In this document: positions 9,077-19,517 of the stretch, piece by piece
Layout: each line of letters opens with the position of its first letter
Numbering within the stretch: position 1 is the first letter of the stretch
Assembly: GCA_965277805.1 (NCBI GenBank)
Contig: OZ255842.1
Location: 608,001 to 672,000 of the forward strand
Reading direction: 5' to 3'
Length of the DNA: 64,000 nt
Source: Candidatus Lustribacter sp.
GTDB lineage: Bacteria; Vulcanimicrobiota; Vulcanimicrobiia; Vulcanimicrobiales; Vulcanimicrobiaceae
The notes under the pieces: model-generated
The model's input: the letters and a program-made list of their open reading frames with translations, nothing else
Databases searched by the model: none
Told to the model about the DNA's origin: nothing
Translations under genes and position numbers: made by a program

Positions 9077-10828
9077 CGGCCCCGGGTTCTTGACGTACTT
9101 GTTTACGACCGCGTCCGCCATATGATAGGCGAGCGCGCCGACCGTTCCGGTCGGATTGTAGCCGGCGTTTTGCGGAAACGAACTCGCGCCGGTCACGAAC
9201 ACGTTTGAGACGTCCCACGTCTGACCGTACTTGTTGAGCACGCTCTGCGTGGGATCGCTGCCCATGATCGCGCCGCCGGTGTTGTGCGTGCTCTGATAGG
9301 GCACGACGCTATAGTGCGCTGCGAGCTGATTGATCACCGACTTGCTCGCGCCGGAAGCCTTCGCGATCTTCGCTAAGATGCCGGCCATGAAGGCCGACTG
9401 CTTATGCTCGTGCGGACCCCAATCGAAGGTCATGCGCAAGAGCGGCTGACCGTAGATATCTTTGTAGGTTGGATCGAGGTCGAGGTAATTGCCGCGATAG
9501 GCCTGCACGCCGCCCTGGGCGTTCATGCCGAACGCGCGATTGTAGTAGTGCGCAACGGTCTGTTTCCACTTCGCGCCCCAGCGCGGCGTACCGGGCGGCA
9601 CCGGGTGGAAGAGCACCGGCCGGCCGCCGTTCGTGTTCTGGCTAATGTCGGCGCCGCCGATGAAGCCGTAGGGGCTATGGTCGAAGTTGTCGCCGTTGAA
9701 GTCGTCGATCACGGTTCCGAGCGCGCCCGAACCCATGAACATGTTGAACACTTTGCCTTCGTCGAAGAAGAGCGTGCCGTTCGTGCCGGTCTGATAAGCG
9801 TAGTTTTTGCCGACGACACCGGTGTTCGTGACCGGATCGTACGGTTTGCCGATGCCGGAAAGCAGCAGCATGTGCACGTTGTTGAACGCGAAGGCGGTGA
9901 CGAAGATCATCGCGGCGGGCTGCGTCTGCTCGCGGCCTTGCGCGTCGAGATAGGTGACGCTGACGGCTTTCTTCTTCGAGCTGTCGAGGTTGATCCGAAG
10001 TACTTTGGAATTCGTGCGCAGCTCGAAGTTCGGCGACTTTCGCAGACTCGGCAAGAGCGTGGTCTGCATGCTCGCCTTCGCGCCCATCTCGCACGAGAAA
10101 CGCTCGCAGTAGCCGCAGTAGACGCAGAGCCCGAGCTGGTTGCCCTCGGGGTTCGTGTAGGGTTGCGATGAATTCGCCGACGGCTGCGGGAAGGTATGGT
10201 AGCCGAGCGACGTGCATGCATCGCCGAAGACCTTCATCGCATAGCTCTGCTTTTGCGGCGGGCTCGGGTACTCGCGCGAACGCGGGCCTTCGAACACGTT
10301 GCCGCCCGGAATGATCTTGCCGCGCAGGTTGCCGGCCTTGCCGGCGATGCCCGCGAGGTACTCGAACTTATCGTAATACGGCTCGAGCTCGTCGTACGTG
10401 ATGCCCCAGTCGGCCGACGTGCAATCCTCGCCCATGATCCCCGCACCGTAGCGCGCGATCGAACGGCTGCGCGTCTCGAAATCCCACGGCAAGAAACGCC
10501 AGGTCACGCCGTTCCAGTGCACGCCGGCGCCGCCGAGACCGTCGCCCGGCAAGAACGAACCCCACTGGCGCACCGGCAGCGCGGTCTCCGAGCGGTTGTG
10601 CCGGAACGTCAGCGTTTCTTTCGAGGCGTCTTGGAGCAGCTTGTAGCGGATGGCGTACGCCAGTTCGTCGTGCACGGCGGGGATCGCGAAATCCGGATCC
10701 GTATCGCGGTACTCACCGCGTTCGAGGCCGACGACCGTGTGCCCGGCCTTGGTGAGTTCGTTCGCGATGATGCCGCCGGTCCAACCGAATCCGATCGTTA
10801 CGGCGTCGACGGGTTTCAGCACGGCCAT
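9068..10828 (-). CDS. GMC oxidoreductase, gluconate 2-dehydrogenase flavoprotein-like
   Basis: IGFGWTG FAD motif, GLGGAGVHW, CVYCGYC..FSC, YQSTHNTGG, NPTGTVGAL. Confidence 0.92.
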   Translation of the reverse strand: MAVLKPVDAVTIGFGWTGGIIANELTKAGHTVVGLERGEYRDTDPDFAIPAVHDELAYAIRYKLLQDASKETLTFRHNRSETALPVRQWGSFLPGDGLGGAGVHWNGVTWRFLPWDFETRSRSIARYGAGIMGEDCTSADWGITYDELEPYYDKFEYLAGIAGKAGNLRGKIIPGGNVFEGPRSREYPSPPQKQSYAMKVFGDACTSLGYHTFPQPSANSSQPYTNPEGNQLGLCVYCGYCERFSCEMGAKASMQTTLLPSLRKSPNFELRTNSKVLRINLDSSKKKAVSVTYLDAQGREQTQPAAMIFVTAFAFNNVHMLLLSGIGKPYDPVTNTGVVGKNYAYQTGTNGTLFFDEGKVFNMFMGSGALGTVIDDFNGDNFDHSPYGFIGGADISQNTNGGRPVLFHPVPPGTPRWGAKWKQTVAHYYNRAFGMNAQGGVQAYRGNYLDLDPTYKDIYGQPLLRMTFDWGPHEHKQSAFMAGILAKIAKASGASKSVINQLAAHYSVVPYQSTHNTGGAIMGSDPTQSVLNKYGQTWDVSNVFVTGASSFPQNAGYNPTGTVGALAYHMADAVVNKYVKNPGPLA

Positions 10829-10830
10829 GA

Positions 10831-11628
10831 CTAGCGCACCCCCAGCGCTTTTTTCGCCAGCGCAACGTGGGTGTCCATATCGCTCATGCCGGACATGGCG
10901 GTTTCTTCCGAATGCTGCAAGTCGGCGATGCTCTGCGGTTGCACTTTGTACGGCACGTTGTGTTTCTCGACGAACGGATAGTACGCGGCTGCGGCGCCGG
11001 GGAAGCCGATCAGTTTCCAGCCGGCTTTGTTGCGATTGCCGCCATAGAGCGGATCGGCCCAGAAGCCCTCGATCGTGTTCGCGTAGAGCATCTCGAAGAA
11101 CGTTTTGGCCGGCACGGCATCGAAGCTGAGCTTGGCACCGTCGAGCGCCGTTAGGACGTCATCTTGGTGCGCGGCGGAAAGTTTATCGAACGTTTTGCCG
11201 TACGTCTTTTCGCAGTACGCGTTCGTTGCTGCGATGCCGAGGCGATACACTTGCTGCGGCGTGAGCGGCAGCTGGTATCCAAAGTCCGCCGGCGCGTCGG
11301 ATTGCCACGGTCCCGAGCGGTACATCTTGGCCGCGTAACCGAACTGCCCGCTGAGCTGCTGATCGATGTAGAACGCAACTCCCGCTTCGCGCCCGCCGGG
11401 CCCGAGCTCGTCCGTCGGAATCAATCGTTCGACCGCCGCTTCGACGAACGCCGATTCCGGCGAGGTGAGAAACGTGTACGCTTCGGGCTCGCTGCCGAGC
11501 GACGGCACGGGCGCCGGATGCTTCGGAACCGTCGCCGCCTCCGTTGCGGTTGTCGCCGGTATGGTCTCCGCAGCCACCACGGTCCCGACGAGTGCGACAA
11601 AGTCTTTCCGGCTAACGTGGTCCGGCAT
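10831..11628 (-). CDS. Gluconate 2-dehydrogenase subunit 3 family (Tat-exported)
   Basis: GGAGG RBS before ATG 11628, SRKDF Tat-like motif, RLIP, EGFWADPLYGGN, GWKLIGFPG. Confidence 0.9.
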   Translation of the reverse strand: MPDHVSRKDFVALVGTVVAAETIPATTATEAATVPKHPAPVPSLGSEPEAYTFLTSPESAFVEAAVERLIPTDELGPGGREAGVAFYIDQQLSGQFGYAAKMYRSGPWQSDAPADFGYQLPLTPQQVYRLGIAATNAYCEKTYGKTFDKLSAAHQDDVLTALDGAKLSFDAVPAKTFFEMLYANTIEGFWADPLYGGNRNKAGWKLIGFPGAAAAYYPFVEKHNVPYKVQPQSIADLQHSEETAMSGMSDMDTHVALAKKALGVR

Positions 11629-11797
11629 ACGGCGTCCTCCGCAACTGGTTGAAAGCTCTCCGGGCCAGGTTACCACCGCGGCGCCGTGAAGGCTAGTCCT
11701 ATGTTTCGGCGTCGCGCAGCCGTGACCGGCTACGATCCGAAGATCCTCACCCCCACCCTCGACCCCGACGAACTCGTAACGAAACTCTGAGGTCAAG

Positions 11798-12577
11798 ATG
11801 AGCGAACCCATGGTCCTGCCCCAACCCGTGTTCGACGTTCAACGAGCGGCGGAACGCGCGTCGTTCGATTTCGGCTGGCTGCGCACGAGCCACTCGTTCA
11901 GCTTTGCCGATTATTACGATCCGCGCAACGTGAACTGGGGCGCGCTGCGCGTGTTCAACGACGATCGCGTCGAAGGCGGCAAGGGCTTCGGCACCCATCC
12001 GCATCGCGATATGGAAATCGTGACCTACGTGCTCTCGGGCCGGCTCGAGCATCGCGACAGCATCGGCAGCCACGGCGTCGTCGGTCCGGGCGGCGTGCAG
12101 TTCATGAGCGCCGGCACCGGGATCCAGCACTCGGAATTCAACCACTCGCCAACCGAGGAATTGCACTTCTTGCAGATGTGGGTGCTGCCGGGCACGTTGG
12201 GCGTGAAGCCGCAATACGGCCAGATGGAATTCGGCTCCGAGGAGCGGCACGACACCTGGCTGCTCGTTGCGTCCGGCCAGCCCGGCCTCAGCGCGCCGGT
12301 TGCGCTCACGCAAGACGCGTCGTTCCGGGTGAGCCGTCTCTCCGACCACACGCTGCGCCACACATTCGATCCCGGACGGTTGGGCTTTTTCTTCGTTGCG
12401 TCGGGAACGATTGCGGCATCCGCGTTCGACAGCAGCGATGCCCCGGTCGGAACGCCGGTCGTGCTTCGCGACGGCGATGCCGTGCGGATCGCGGGGGTGA
12501 CGCGCTTTGAAATCAGCGGCGATGGTGAGGTCGCGCTGTGGGACGTGCCGCGGCCGCCCGACGGAGCGAACGACTAG
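11798..12577 (+). CDS. Pirin family protein (YhhW-like)
   Basis: HSFSFADYYDP, GFGTHPHRDMEI, MSAGTGIQHSE, FLQMW. Confidence 0.95.
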   Translation: MSEPMVLPQPVFDVQRAAERASFDFGWLRTSHSFSFADYYDPRNVNWGALRVFNDDRVEGGKGFGTHPHRDMEIVTYVLSGRLEHRDSIGSHGVVGPGGVQFMSAGTGIQHSEFNHSPTEELHFLQMWVLPGTLGVKPQYGQMEFGSEERHDTWLLVASGQPGLSAPVALTQDASFRVSRLSDHTLRHTFDPGRLGFFFVASGTIAASAFDSSDAPVGTPVVLRDGDAVRIAGVTRFEISGDGEVALWDVPRPPDGAND

Positions 12578-12582
12578 CGCGT

Positions 12583-14226
12583 ATGGTCCAGCCCGAAGAA
12601 TTGATGAACGTGCCGCTCTTTGCGGCGATGGCACCGGAGTTGCGCGCGCGCATCGCATCGCGTTCAGCCGACCTCTACGTGGACAAAGACGAGTGGCTCG
12701 TGCACGAAGGCAGCGCACCGTACTTCTGGACCGTGCTCGAGGGCCAGGTCGAGGTGGTGAAGCGCGTCGGCGGCGTGTGGAGTCAGATCACCTACTTCGA
12801 GCCGGGCGAGTACTTCGGCGAGACGCCGCTGATGCTGGGCTCGGACTCATATGCTGCCGTGCGCGCGCTGACCCCGGCGCGTTTGATGCGCACCGATCCG
12901 GCCGACTTTCACCTCATGCTGACGGCGTCGACCGAAGCGGGTGCCGACGTCGCGCGCACGGTGGTTCGCCGCATCGACGCGCGGCGCGAGTTCTACGTCA
13001 ACTCATCCATGACCGAAGCCGCGATCGTCGGCGATCGCTATGATCTCGCCTGTCACGACATTCGCGACTTCCTCTCGCGCAATCAGATCGCGTACGAATG
13101 GCTCGACCCGAGCGATCCCGGCGATGCGGGCAGCATGCCGCCGGCCGCGCGCGACGCCTCGCGCTTTCCGGTCGTCATTCTGGCAAACGGCACGCGGCTC
13201 GAGCAGCCGACGCCGCGGGAGTTAGCTGAAGGGCTCAAGCTGCAAACGATGCCGAGCGTCGCGGCGTACGACGTCGCGATCATCGGCGGCGGCCCGGCGG
13301 GCCTCGCCGCAGCCGTCTACGGCGGGTCCGAAGGTCTCTGCACGATCATGATCGAGCGCGAGGCGCCCGGCGGTCAGGCCGGAACGTCGTCGCGCATCGA
13401 AAATTATCTGGGCTTTCCGGCTGGGATCTCCGGCGATGACTTGGCAAACCGCGCGCTGCAGCAAGCGAAGCGGTTCGAAGCCGAGATTCTCGTGACGCGC
13501 AACGTCACCGGGATCGAGTCGAAGGACGGCTGTCACACGATCGCGCTCGACGGCGGCGATCGGATGGAGGCGCGCGCGATCGTCATCGCGACCGGCGTTT
13601 CGTGGCGCACCCTCGACGCGGACGGCGCCGCTGATCTCGTCGGGCGCGGCGTCTACTACGGCGCCGCGCAAACCGAAGCGCTCGGCATGCGCGGCAAAGA
13701 CGTGTTCCTGATCGGCGGCGGCAATTCGGCCGGGCAGGCTGCGATGTTCTTCGCCAACTACGCGCGCAGCGCGACGCTGCTGGTGCGTGGTTCGTCGCTC
13801 GAGAAGAGCATGTCGTCGTATTTGATCAAGCAACTCGCGACCAAGCACAACATCAGCGTCGAAACGCGAACGGTTGTAGCGGCGGTGAGCGGGACCGCGC
13901 ACATCGAGACGATCACGACCCGGGTTGAGCCGGACGGGAACACGCAGACGCGTCGCGCCGACGGTTTGTTCGTATTCATCGGCGCGGATGCCGAAACGGG
14001 GTGGATCCCGGAGGTGCTCGACCGCGATTCGCGCGGCTATCTCAAGACCGGGCGCGATCTCGATACCTGGCCGCTTGCGCGTCCGCCCTATCCGCTCGAG
14101 ACGAGCGTCCCGGGGATCTTTGCCGCCGGCGACGTGCGCAGCGCGTCGGTGAAACGCGTCGCCTCGAGCGTCGGCGAGGGCAGCATGGTCATTGCGTTCA
14201 TCCACGAGTACCTCGCCGCGCTCTAG
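12583..14226 (+). CDS. cNMP-binding domain fused to a thioredoxin-reductase-like flavoprotein
   Basis: N-terminal cNMP fold (GEYFGE), GGGPAG, SSRIENYLGFP, GGGNSAGQAA, GIFAAGDVR. Confidence 0.9.
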   Translation: MVQPEELMNVPLFAAMAPELRARIASRSADLYVDKDEWLVHEGSAPYFWTVLEGQVEVVKRVGGVWSQITYFEPGEYFGETPLMLGSDSYAAVRALTPARLMRTDPADFHLMLTASTEAGADVARTVVRRIDARREFYVNSSMTEAAIVGDRYDLACHDIRDFLSRNQIAYEWLDPSDPGDAGSMPPAARDASRFPVVILANGTRLEQPTPRELAEGLKLQTMPSVAAYDVAIIGGGPAGLAAAVYGGSEGLCTIMIEREAPGGQAGTSSRIENYLGFPAGISGDDLANRALQQAKRFEAEILVTRNVTGIESKDGCHTIALDGGDRMEARAIVIATGVSWRTLDADGAADLVGRGVYYGAAQTEALGMRGKDVFLIGGGNSAGQAAMFFANYARSATLLVRGSSLEKSMSSYLIKQLATKHNISVETRTVVAAVSGTAHIETITTRVEPDGNTQTRRADGLFVFIGADAETGWIPEVLDRDSRGYLKTGRDLDTWPLARPPYPLETSVPGIFAAGDVRSASVKRVASSVGEGSMVIAFIHEYLAAL

Positions 14227-14259
14227 GACGATTGCCCGCCGCGCCGGCAGCGCGTCCCG

Positions 14260-14931
14260 CTAAGCCTCCCACAGCATCGCTCGCGCCCACGCCCCGCTGC
14301 AGCCTCGAAGTTTGACCGGCGTCGCCACAAACAAACGCTCGCGCCCGTCCATCACCTCATCCGGGAAAAACAGTTCCTCGGTGATGAAGCCGCCGTTGCC
14401 GAGAATGGCCCGGTGTGCCGGCCCGGCTTTCGCCGGATCGTCATAGCCGCCCATGCTGACCGCATCGATCCCGACGCCCTTGACACCGCGCGAAACGAGA
14501 AGTTCGGCTGCATCGCCGCCCAAGTAGACGTACTGCGTCAAAAAGTCCGCGGTGTTAGCGCGTTGCCGGCCGCGGCCGGTATTGAGCAGGGCGATCGACC
14601 CCGGCTTCAGGCGGTCCAGTTGCGATTCGAGATCCCGCGGCGCGATTGCGGTCCCCGGCGGCATGGCGCGGAGATCAAAGATGACGGCGGGGCCGACGTA
14701 CGTCTCGAGCGGTACCTCGTCGATCGTCGCGCCCCCGTCAAAGAAATGGTAGGGTGCATCGCAGTGCGTTCCGGTGTGCGTGCTCATCTCGACGATTTCT
14801 TTGTTGACGCCTTGAACGGCGAGCATGTAGAACAAGCGAATTTGCACCGGACGGGGCGAGGAGTCGGGGTACTGCGGACAGTTCGGGAAGACGGGCTGAC
14901 TGAGGTCGTAAATACGAGACGGCGGGTTCAC
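14260..14931 (-). CDS. Cyclase family metal hydrolase (kynurenine formamidase-like)
   Basis: YDLSQP, HTGTHCDAPYHF, GVGIDA. Confidence 0.9.
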   Translation of the reverse strand: MNPPSRIYDLSQPVFPNCPQYPDSSPRPVQIRLFYMLAVQGVNKEIVEMSTHTGTHCDAPYHFFDGGATIDEVPLETYVGPAVIFDLRAMPPGTAIAPRDLESQLDRLKPGSIALLNTGRGRQRANTADFLTQYVYLGGDAAELLVSRGVKGVGIDAVSMGGYDDPAKAGPAHRAILGNGGFITEELFFPDEVMDGRERLFVATPVKLRGCSGAWARAMLWEA

Positions 14932-15803
14932 GCGAGCACCTCACGAGCGAGCGCCGCAAAGGCATTGCCGTTACGTTTCAGATGCGCGCCGATGTCGCCG
15001 GTCCAAAGCGAGTCCGGCAGCGATTCTTCGGAAAAGATCTCGAGCACGTACGGACCCTCGTATCCGGCGCGTTCCGCCGCGGCCAGAAGTTCGCGCGTCG
15101 GAATCGTGCCCTCTCCGAGGCTGCGCCGGTCGGCATTCGAGCGCGGGCGCTGCCAATCGCTGATTTGCACGACGAAGATCTTTTCGCGCGCACGTTCGAT
15201 TGTCGCCAAAAGATCGGGCGTTTGAAAAATATTCCAGGTGTCGAGACAGATGCCGAGTTGGTTGTGATCGATGCGTTGCACCAACTCGAGCGCAGCATCG
15301 AGCCCCCAAATTGCCGTATCCGTATGAAAGAGCACCGGGTTGAGCGGCTCGAAAGCAAGCCGTACCCCAAGGTGCGCCGCACGATCGGCGAGCTGCGGCA
15401 GCACCTCGAGCAGCGTGGCGTACACCCGGGCGTTGTCGCCATTGGGCGCGGCGCCGCTGATGACGACGAACGGCGTCCCGCCGGGCACATACGGCGCGAT
15501 CCGTTCCATCGATCGCTCGAAATGCCGCACGCGCACGTACGGATCGAGCGGCGCCGGCGCGAGACTGTCGGGATAGACGGCGTGCACGGTCGGCTGAACA
15601 GACGAAATACGCAGGCCCGCGCTGACGACTGCTTCCAGCTGGGGAGCATAGTCGGCCCGGTCGAGCTTGAACTCGCAGATCTCGATCCATCCCGCGCCGG
15701 CACGCGGGTACTCGATGAGGTCGCGCTCAAACGGCCATGGCGTCGTCGTGAACTGGCTGATCCCGAACCTTGCGGCGACCGCCTGTTCTTGCAACAGATT
15801 CAT
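14928..15803 (-). CDS. Sugar phosphate isomerase/epimerase (xylose-isomerase-like TIM barrel)
   Basis: AFEPLN, CLDTWN, QISD, GEG, YVLEIFS. Confidence 0.85.
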   Translation of the reverse strand: MNLLQEQAVAARFGISQFTTTPWPFERDLIEYPRAGAGWIEICEFKLDRADYAPQLEAVVSAGLRISSVQPTVHAVYPDSLAPAPLDPYVRVRHFERSMERIAPYVPGGTPFVVISGAAPNGDNARVYATLLEVLPQLADRAAHLGVRLAFEPLNPVLFHTDTAIWGLDAALELVQRIDHNQLGICLDTWNIFQTPDLLATIERAREKIFVVQISDWQRPRSNADRRSLGEGTIPTRELLAAAERAGYEGPYVLEIFSEESLPDSLWTGDIGAHLKRNGNAFAALAREVLA

Positions 15804-15829
15804 CGGCCGGCCACGAACATACGAAGGCC

Positions 15830-16294
15830 ATGGCCGAAACGCTTACCGAAATCGAGAGGCGACGCAGCCTCAACCTGCGGCAGCTGCTCACGCGCTCGAC
15901 GCGCGCGGTAAACGAGCGCATCGTTGCCGCATTGCGGGCGCGCGGCTTTCCCGACGCTCGCGCGGCGCATGCCTCGGTGCTCGCAAATTTGGAGCTTCGC
16001 GGCAGCACCATCAACGAAATCGCAAGCCGTGCGCTGCTTCCCAAGCAGGCGATCAGCAAAATGGTGCTGGAGCTCGAGGAGTTCGGATATCTCGAGCGAT
16101 CGCGAAACGACCAAGACGGCCGTTCGGTCGTCGTGCGCTTCACACGAAAAGGACGGAAGCTGATGACTGCCACGTTCGACGTTATCGCCGGCATCGAACA
16201 TGCGGTGCAAGCACGCCTCGGACCGCGCCGTTATTCTGCCCTCCGGTCGTCGCTGATGCTGCTGCTCGAGGAAGATGTCGCGTCGGGCGATTAG
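15830..16294 (+). CDS. MarR family transcriptional regulator
   Basis: wHTH 'TINEIA...KQAISKMVLELEEFGYLER...DGRS...FTRKG'. Confidence 0.9.
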   Translation: MAETLTEIERRRSLNLRQLLTRSTRAVNERIVAALRARGFPDARAAHASVLANLELRGSTINEIASRALLPKQAISKMVLELEEFGYLERSRNDQDGRSVVVRFTRKGRKLMTATFDVIAGIEHAVQARLGPRRYSALRSSLMLLLEEDVASGD

Positions 16295-16311
16295 CGCATT
16301 GCAAGGGTCCA

Positions 16312-18753
16312 TTACACGTCCTGCCGGAGTTCGATCAAGCAAAAACCCTGGCTCTCCAATTCGATGGCTATTCCGCGCGATAATTGCGCGGCCGTAAACG
16401 CTCCCGAATCCGTCCACGCTCCGTGCAGGCTGTTGAACTGTTTCGACGCGTATGACCCCCGGAGCGCAGCTAGCGCTACGGCAGCGGTGACGGTGAGACT
16501 CGAGGTATTGCCCACAAAGACCATGATGCTGTCGCCGTCGCGCAAAGCGAGCGCGATAACGTCTTGACCTTCGATCGTCAGCGATGACGAAATGTCCGTC
16601 TCGAACGCCGTCGCTGCGTCTGCGCACCGAAAGGTCGCGTTCGTGTACAATCGCACGTCGGGAGCGCGCACGATGAACCAAGTGACGCTCACTCCGGCCA
16701 GTAGCAGGTCCCGCACACAGGTCCATTTCCATTGGGCGGCAAGGCGCGGGACGATCGTCGGGGTTCCTCCGGAAAGCTCGAGGCCGGCTGCACCTTCGAC
16801 TGCGGCCCATAAATAGCGCGGCGGAAACCAGGGCGAGAGCATCATGCCCTGATTCACGAGCGTCTCTCCGTGCAGCCATTCGGAGAACTGACCGGGGACC
16901 GTGTTATTGCGACGCGGGTCCTTCGCATAATGCCGGAAGCCGTTGCGGAGCGCCCACGCCATGTTCTCGCTGTTAAATCGAGCCGCCGCAAAGGCGTACC
17001 AAAAGGCAACGCCGACCCACACGCCGCCCAGCAGACCGTAGCCGTGCGTCGGCCCGTAATTGACGGCATCGCGGGGCACGGTTCGAATTCCCGCATCGCT
17101 CCAGAACTCGCGCGCGCTCAAGCGCGCGATGATGCCGGCAGCGACTGCGTCGTCGGCGACGCCGAACATGACCGGAAAGACGAGATCGGAGGTGATGTCG
17201 GTGCGCGGCGTCCCATCGAGTTGGATGTTCAGATAATAGAGACCGGTTGCCGCGTCGAACAGATGTTCATTGATTGCGTCTCGCAATGTATCGGCTGCCG
17301 ACTTGAAGGCGGCGCTCTCCGTGTGCTTCTCGAGAAAGCGTGCCATGTGAGAAACCGTGAGTAATGCCGCATAGCACTCGGAATTGAGCTCCGTCGTCGC
17401 GCCGGACAGGCGGTAGTCCTTGATCACGTTGCGCCAGCCGCAGATGCCCCAATCCGAGACGCCATCGGCGGTACACCAGACCAGGCCCTGATCGTTACGT
17501 TGCGAGAGAATGTATTTTGCAGCCTTGACGGCGCGGGGGTAGATGCGCTCGAGAAAGCTGCGTTCGCCGGTCGTGTTGAAGTGATGCCAGAGCGCAAGGA
17601 TTAAGAGCGGCGTGTTGTCGTTGATATTGAGTTTGTAATCCGACGTCTTTCCGGTGCGAACGTCATAGTACTCGACGACGAGCCCTTTGGCTTCAAGATG
17701 CTCGGCGTACCAGAGAAGCGAGGCTTCCGCAAATTCGGGGCAAATGTAATCCGCCCCAAACGCGAACCACGCCGTATCGCGGGCGACGCTGTTATTCGAT
17801 CGGCTGGGGTCGTTCACGAAGCACCACCCGGTCGGCGCGAGCAGCATCATTCGCAGCATGTTCGCCTTTGCCCAGAGCACGCCGGCATTGACCTCATGAT
17901 CGGGGGTAAGGACGACGGAACGGTTCAGAATGTCGTGGTAATGAGCCCGCGTTTCAGCGAGCGCATCGGACGCCGAGGGCAATCGGCTGATGAGGGAAAG
18001 TGCCCGTTTTTGACCTTCGAGTGAGAACGTTACGATGAAGGCAAATTGGACGCGCTCGCCGGGCTTGAGTGTGTGGCTGAGATGGAGCACGCCGAGCGGA
18101 TCGGTCGCCGGACTTTGGGCCGCGCCGCCCAGCATACCGGGTGAGGCGGGCGCGATCGCCTTGCCGTGGTCCATCGTGGTTTCCCAGCTCGTCACCGTCT
18201 CGGAGCACGTGATGACGCGAGCGAAGTCCGGGTCCGACTCGTTCCATGCAACGATCGCGTTACGTCGCTTGTCGAATTTCGAGTCGACATCGTGACCCAT
18301 CTCGCCGCGCAACTGCGCGAACGCGTACGTTCCGATGGCCCGCGAAACGTCGGTCGGATTTGAAAGCGTCATGGTGAAGTACACGGCGGGCGGGTCGACC
18401 TGGTCGTCGCGCGGCTTCGTACTGAGGACGAAAACGTCTTCGTGGACGGCGATTCCGTTGGAAAGCCTGAAAAAATGCTCTTGGTGCTCGGGGTGGATAC
18501 GAAACGTGCCCGGCAGAGCCGTGAGGGGAATGCCCGTCGTCTCATCCCAATGATGCGGCACCAACGTCCCGATCAGCGTCTTCCCATAGTCGCTCGAATA
18601 GATCTTTTCGATGGCACCGGTGGCCTTGACGATGCACACGCACTTGGGTCCGCCGAGCGTGCTGCCGGCTGCAACCTCGGTGTCGGGAAGGTCGTAGAAC
18701 GAACCGCGCTGGCCCGCACCGACGACCTCACTAAGCCGCGTCCCTTGGGTCAC
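16312..18753 (-). CDS. Six-hairpin glycoside hydrolase (amylo-alpha-1,6-glucosidase/GDE-like)
   Basis: ARDTAW, DNTPLLI..LW, ELNSECY, GIRT, GGVW, FSEWLHG. Exact GH family uncertain. Confidence 0.75.
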   Translation of the reverse strand: MTQGTRLSEVVGAGQRGSFYDLPDTEVAAGSTLGGPKCVCIVKATGAIEKIYSSDYGKTLIGTLVPHHWDETTGIPLTALPGTFRIHPEHQEHFFRLSNGIAVHEDVFVLSTKPRDDQVDPPAVYFTMTLSNPTDVSRAIGTYAFAQLRGEMGHDVDSKFDKRRNAIVAWNESDPDFARVITCSETVTSWETTMDHGKAIAPASPGMLGGAAQSPATDPLGVLHLSHTLKPGERVQFAFIVTFSLEGQKRALSLISRLPSASDALAETRAHYHDILNRSVVLTPDHEVNAGVLWAKANMLRMMLLAPTGWCFVNDPSRSNNSVARDTAWFAFGADYICPEFAEASLLWYAEHLEAKGLVVEYYDVRTGKTSDYKLNINDNTPLLILALWHHFNTTGERSFLERIYPRAVKAAKYILSQRNDQGLVWCTADGVSDWGICGWRNVIKDYRLSGATTELNSECYAALLTVSHMARFLEKHTESAAFKSAADTLRDAINEHLFDAATGLYYLNIQLDGTPRTDITSDLVFPVMFGVADDAVAAGIIARLSAREFWSDAGIRTVPRDAVNYGPTHGYGLLGGVWVGVAFWYAFAAARFNSENMAWALRNGFRHYAKDPRRNNTVPGQFSEWLHGETLVNQGMMLSPWFPPRYLWAAVEGAAGLELSGGTPTIVPRLAAQWKWTCVRDLLLAGVSVTWFIVRAPDVRLYTNATFRCADAATAFETDISSSLTIEGQDVIALALRDGDSIMVFVGNTSSLTVTAAVALAALRGSYASKQFNSLHGAWTDSGAFTAAQLSRGIAIELESQGFCLIELRQDV

Positions 18754-19517
18754 AGGCTGCCCGCGTGCTTCGTCATCCCGCCGTCGATGACGTAGGTGGC
18801 GCCGGTGATATAGGCGGCCGCCTCCGACGCCAGAAACACCACGACGCCCGCGATCTCTTCCGGTTTGGCCATACGCCCGAGCGGAATCTCGGCGAGCAGT
18901 GCCTCGTATTCTTTCGCGTTCGCTTTCAGAGCGGCGTCCATCGGCGTATCGACGGCCCCCGGCGCGACGTCGTTCACGGTAATGTGCTCCTTCGCGAGCT
19001 CGAGGGCGACGGTACGCATGAGCATTCGCACACCGCCTTTCGCCGCACAGTACGGAGCGTTGGTCGGCATCGGCAACTCTTCATGGACCGACGAGATGTT
19101 GATGATGCGGCCGCCGCGCTTTTGCTTGACCATTTGCTTGGCGGCGGCTTGGGTGCAGAGCCACACGCCGGCAAGATTGACGTCGATCACCTTCCGGAAG
19201 AGTTCGAACGGCGTCTCCAGGAACGGATGTTTTTGTTCGATTCCGGCGTTATTGATCAAGATGTCGACGCCGCCGAACGCATTTACGGCAGCGGCGACAA
19301 GCGACTCAACTTGCTCCGGATCGGCAACATCTGCGCCGGTCGCAATCGCGCGCGCGCCGAGATTTTCGATCTCCTCGACCACGGCGTTGGCCGGTGCGAC
19401 GTCGCCATGATAGTCGATGACCACCGCTGCGCCTTCGCGGGCGCACGCGAGCGAAATAGCTTTGCCGATTCCGGTATCGCCGCCGGTAACGATGGCGACC
19501 TTATCCTTCAGGTGCAT
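18750..19517 (-). CDS. SDR, glucose 1-dehydrogenase-like
   Basis: TGGDTGIG, NNAG, ISSVHE, YCAAKGG. Confidence 0.9.
   Translation of the reverse strand: MHLKDKVAIVTGGDTGIGKAISLACAREGAAVVIDYHGDVAPANAVVEEIENLGARAIATGADVADPEQVESLVAAAVNAFGGVDILINNAGIEQKHPFLETPFELFRKVIDVNLAGVWLCTQAAAKQMVKQKRGGRIINISSVHEELPMPTNAPYCAAKGGVRMLMRTVALELAKEHITVNDVAPGAVDTPMDAALKANAKEYEALLAEIPLGRMAKPEEIAGVVVFLASEAAAYITGATYVIDGGMTKHAGSL

Noticed and set aside
9068-11628. Gluconate dehydrogenase pair lacking a cytochrome c gene, with an SRKDF Tat variant
   Set aside because: Two-gene arrangements and RK Tat variants are known, and the cytochrome may be encoded elsewhere.
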